Positions 46,196 through 47,457 of a DNA stretch of 47,457 nt are shown one piece after another. The translations under genes and the position numbers were made by a program. The DNA is taken from IMG/VR virus record IMGVR_UViG_3300027683_000007, positions 1 to 47,457 of that record; one strand, 5' to 3'. The notes under the pieces are model-generated. The model worked only from the letters and a program-made list of their open reading frames with translations. It was not told the DNA's origin and ran no database searches. Source of the DNA: a virus. Taxonomy: Duplodnaviria > Caudoviricetes. How positions within the stretch are numbered: position 1 is the first letter of the stretch; each line of letters opens with the position of its first letter.

Positions 46196-46350
46196 TGTAC
46201 CTGGCTGTAAATATAAAATCTAGTACATTTACTTAGAATTTGGGATAACTTGGGGAGGAGTTAACCCGGGGCCTACAAGGCCACGATCTCCCCATCGAAA
46301 ACCTACGGCAATCAGAATATCCAATAATATCGGGCACTTATCAAAATATG

Positions 46351-46378
46351 TTGACATAGAGCCTAGATATGTTATTAT
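46351..46378 (+). promoter_or_regulatory. sigma70-type promoter
   Basis: TTGACA-16 bp-TATTAT with extended TG. Confidence 0.65.
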
Positions 46379-46398
46379 GCATCATCGAAACAGGTTCC

Positions 46399-46410
46399 GT
46401 TCTTTGAAAA
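46399..46410 (+). promoter_or_regulatory. boxA-like antitermination motif
   Basis: GTTCTTTGAAAA about 20 nt downstream of the -10 box. Confidence 0.5.
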
Positions 46411-46478
46411 TTTATGTCCTAGTTCCATCGCGTGCTAGGTATTCGCACTCCCGAAACATATAACTATTAAAAGGGAAG

Positions 46479-46844
46479 GTGAATATCATGACTAATGAAA
46501 TTGGGAAGTCCATCGGCAAAGTGTCTCATAGGTTCTCCACGAAACTGGATAGTGGGGAAGAGGGAACTATCACTGTTAACTTTGACCTTTCCAACTGTTA
46601 CGATAAGGATATTATCAGCTGGATAGTGTCAAATAGAGTAATTGCGTTCCAAAGACCGGCGAGGGCTTTGAGCTTGTCTGAATTTGAAGCGCTTGATGGT
46701 AGCACAATCTGCGCCGAGGACGCGGGTAAGAAGATTATCAGCAAAGACAAGAAGTTCCAAATTGGTATCTCCGCACTCAGGGCAGCTGGTATGAGTAAGG
46801 AAGCCGACGAGTTAGAGCGCAAGTGGAAGGAAAATAATTCCTAA
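46479..46844 (+). CDS. Hypothetical monocistronic early protein (start may be ATG 46488)
   Basis: Own promoter, RBS and terminator. Confidence 0.75.
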   Translation: MNIMTNEIGKSIGKVSHRFSTKLDSGEEGTITVNFDLSNCYDKDIISWIVSNRVIAFQRPARALSLSEFEALDGSTICAEDAGKKIISKDKKFQIGISALRAAGMSKEADELERKWKENNS

Positions 46845-46874
46845 ATCGATCGCGAGTATCTAGTACGCAAAATT

Positions 46875-46910
46875 AAAGCTCTAGATGATATTTCGTCTAG
46901 GGCTTTTTTT
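46875..46910 (+). terminator. Intrinsic terminator
   Basis: AAAGCTCTAGATGA-loop-TCGTCTAGGGC followed by T7. Confidence 0.85.
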
Positions 46911-46956
46911 GTTCTATTTTTATAACAAACTACGTAGTCCATACCTTGGAATATAA

Positions 46957-46979
46957 GAATATTAAATAATTTAATTAAC
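46957..46979. repeat. 23-bp dispersed palindrome copy
   Basis: GAATATTAAATAATTTAATTAAC. Confidence 0.8.
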
Positions 46980-47028
46980 TATGTGATTAAAAACTAGCTC
47001 TACACCTCGGAAGATGAGAGAGTTAATA

Positions 47029-47051
47029 GTTAATTAAACAATTTAATTAAC
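47029..47051. repeat. 23-bp palindrome with perfect arms
   Basis: GTTAATTAAACAATTTAATTAAC. Confidence 0.92.
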
Positions 47052-47162
47052 TGATTAATATAATAAGATACTTAAACTACTTCAATGTAGGGCCGCCGGT
47101 CAAAAGCGTGGTATTACTTAAAGTCCGTAGTATTACTTTAGATAAGTATAAAGATAAATAAA

Positions 47163-47185
47163 GTTAATTAAACAATTTAATTAAC
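47163..47185. repeat. 23-bp palindrome with perfect arms
   Basis: GTTAATTAAACAATTTAATTAAC, identical to the 47029 copy. Confidence 0.92.
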
Positions 47186-47248
47186 TCATCCTAAATATCC
47201 GAAGAATTCCCTTTACATCAGCCTAAACTATATTTATATTTACAATTA

Positions 47249-47457
<209 letters not shown>

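Noticed and set aside
169-46844. Stop-codon reassignment
   Set aside because: Conserved genes are full length and densely packed under the standard code, and TAA, TAG and TGA all serve as stops
117-47185. Palindromes as integron attC or Xer dif sites
   Set aside because: They are too short for attC and have the GTT/AAC ends in the reverse order; they do not fit the 11-6-11 dif layout; no tyrosine recombinase was seen

Overview
This window is a complete, circularly closed, AT-rich dsDNA tailed-phage genome with podovirus-like architecture. Positions 1-145 repeat 47313-47457 with one mismatch, so the unit length is about 47.3 kb. The + strand (about 46.4 kb through the junction to 18.3 kb) carries early and DNA-metabolism genes: ATP-dependent ligase, HIRAN protein, Cas4-like exonuclease, Sak4-like ATPase, SSB, a UDP-sulfoquinovose synthase (SqdB), a ParB-methyltransferase fusion, a UDG-fused family A polymerase and a DUF3987-type helicase. 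The - strand (46.0 to 18.3 kb) is one late block: terminases, portal, scaffold, major capsid, tail and internal virion proteins, and a 2054-aa polyvalent protein. I recognised no integrase, endolysin, primase, tRNA or CRISPR array. Two systems stand out. (1) A candidate phage-encoded mucin-type O-glycosylation system: a GT-A enzyme with the DxH and WGG-x-E motifs of polypeptide GalNAc-transferases, a sugar epimerase and a methyltransferase sit between terS and terL, SqdB lies in the replication module, and several virion-region proteins carry PTTx(A/P)P mucin-like repeats. (2) About 28 copies of a 23-bp palindrome (GTTAATTAAA-N3-TTTAATTAAC-like) are spread over the genome, mostly at gene junctions. 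The control region also has a poly(A) tract inside a long inverted repeat and a monocistronic gene with rRNA-leader-like signals. All protein calls come from motif recognition by eye; no searches were run.
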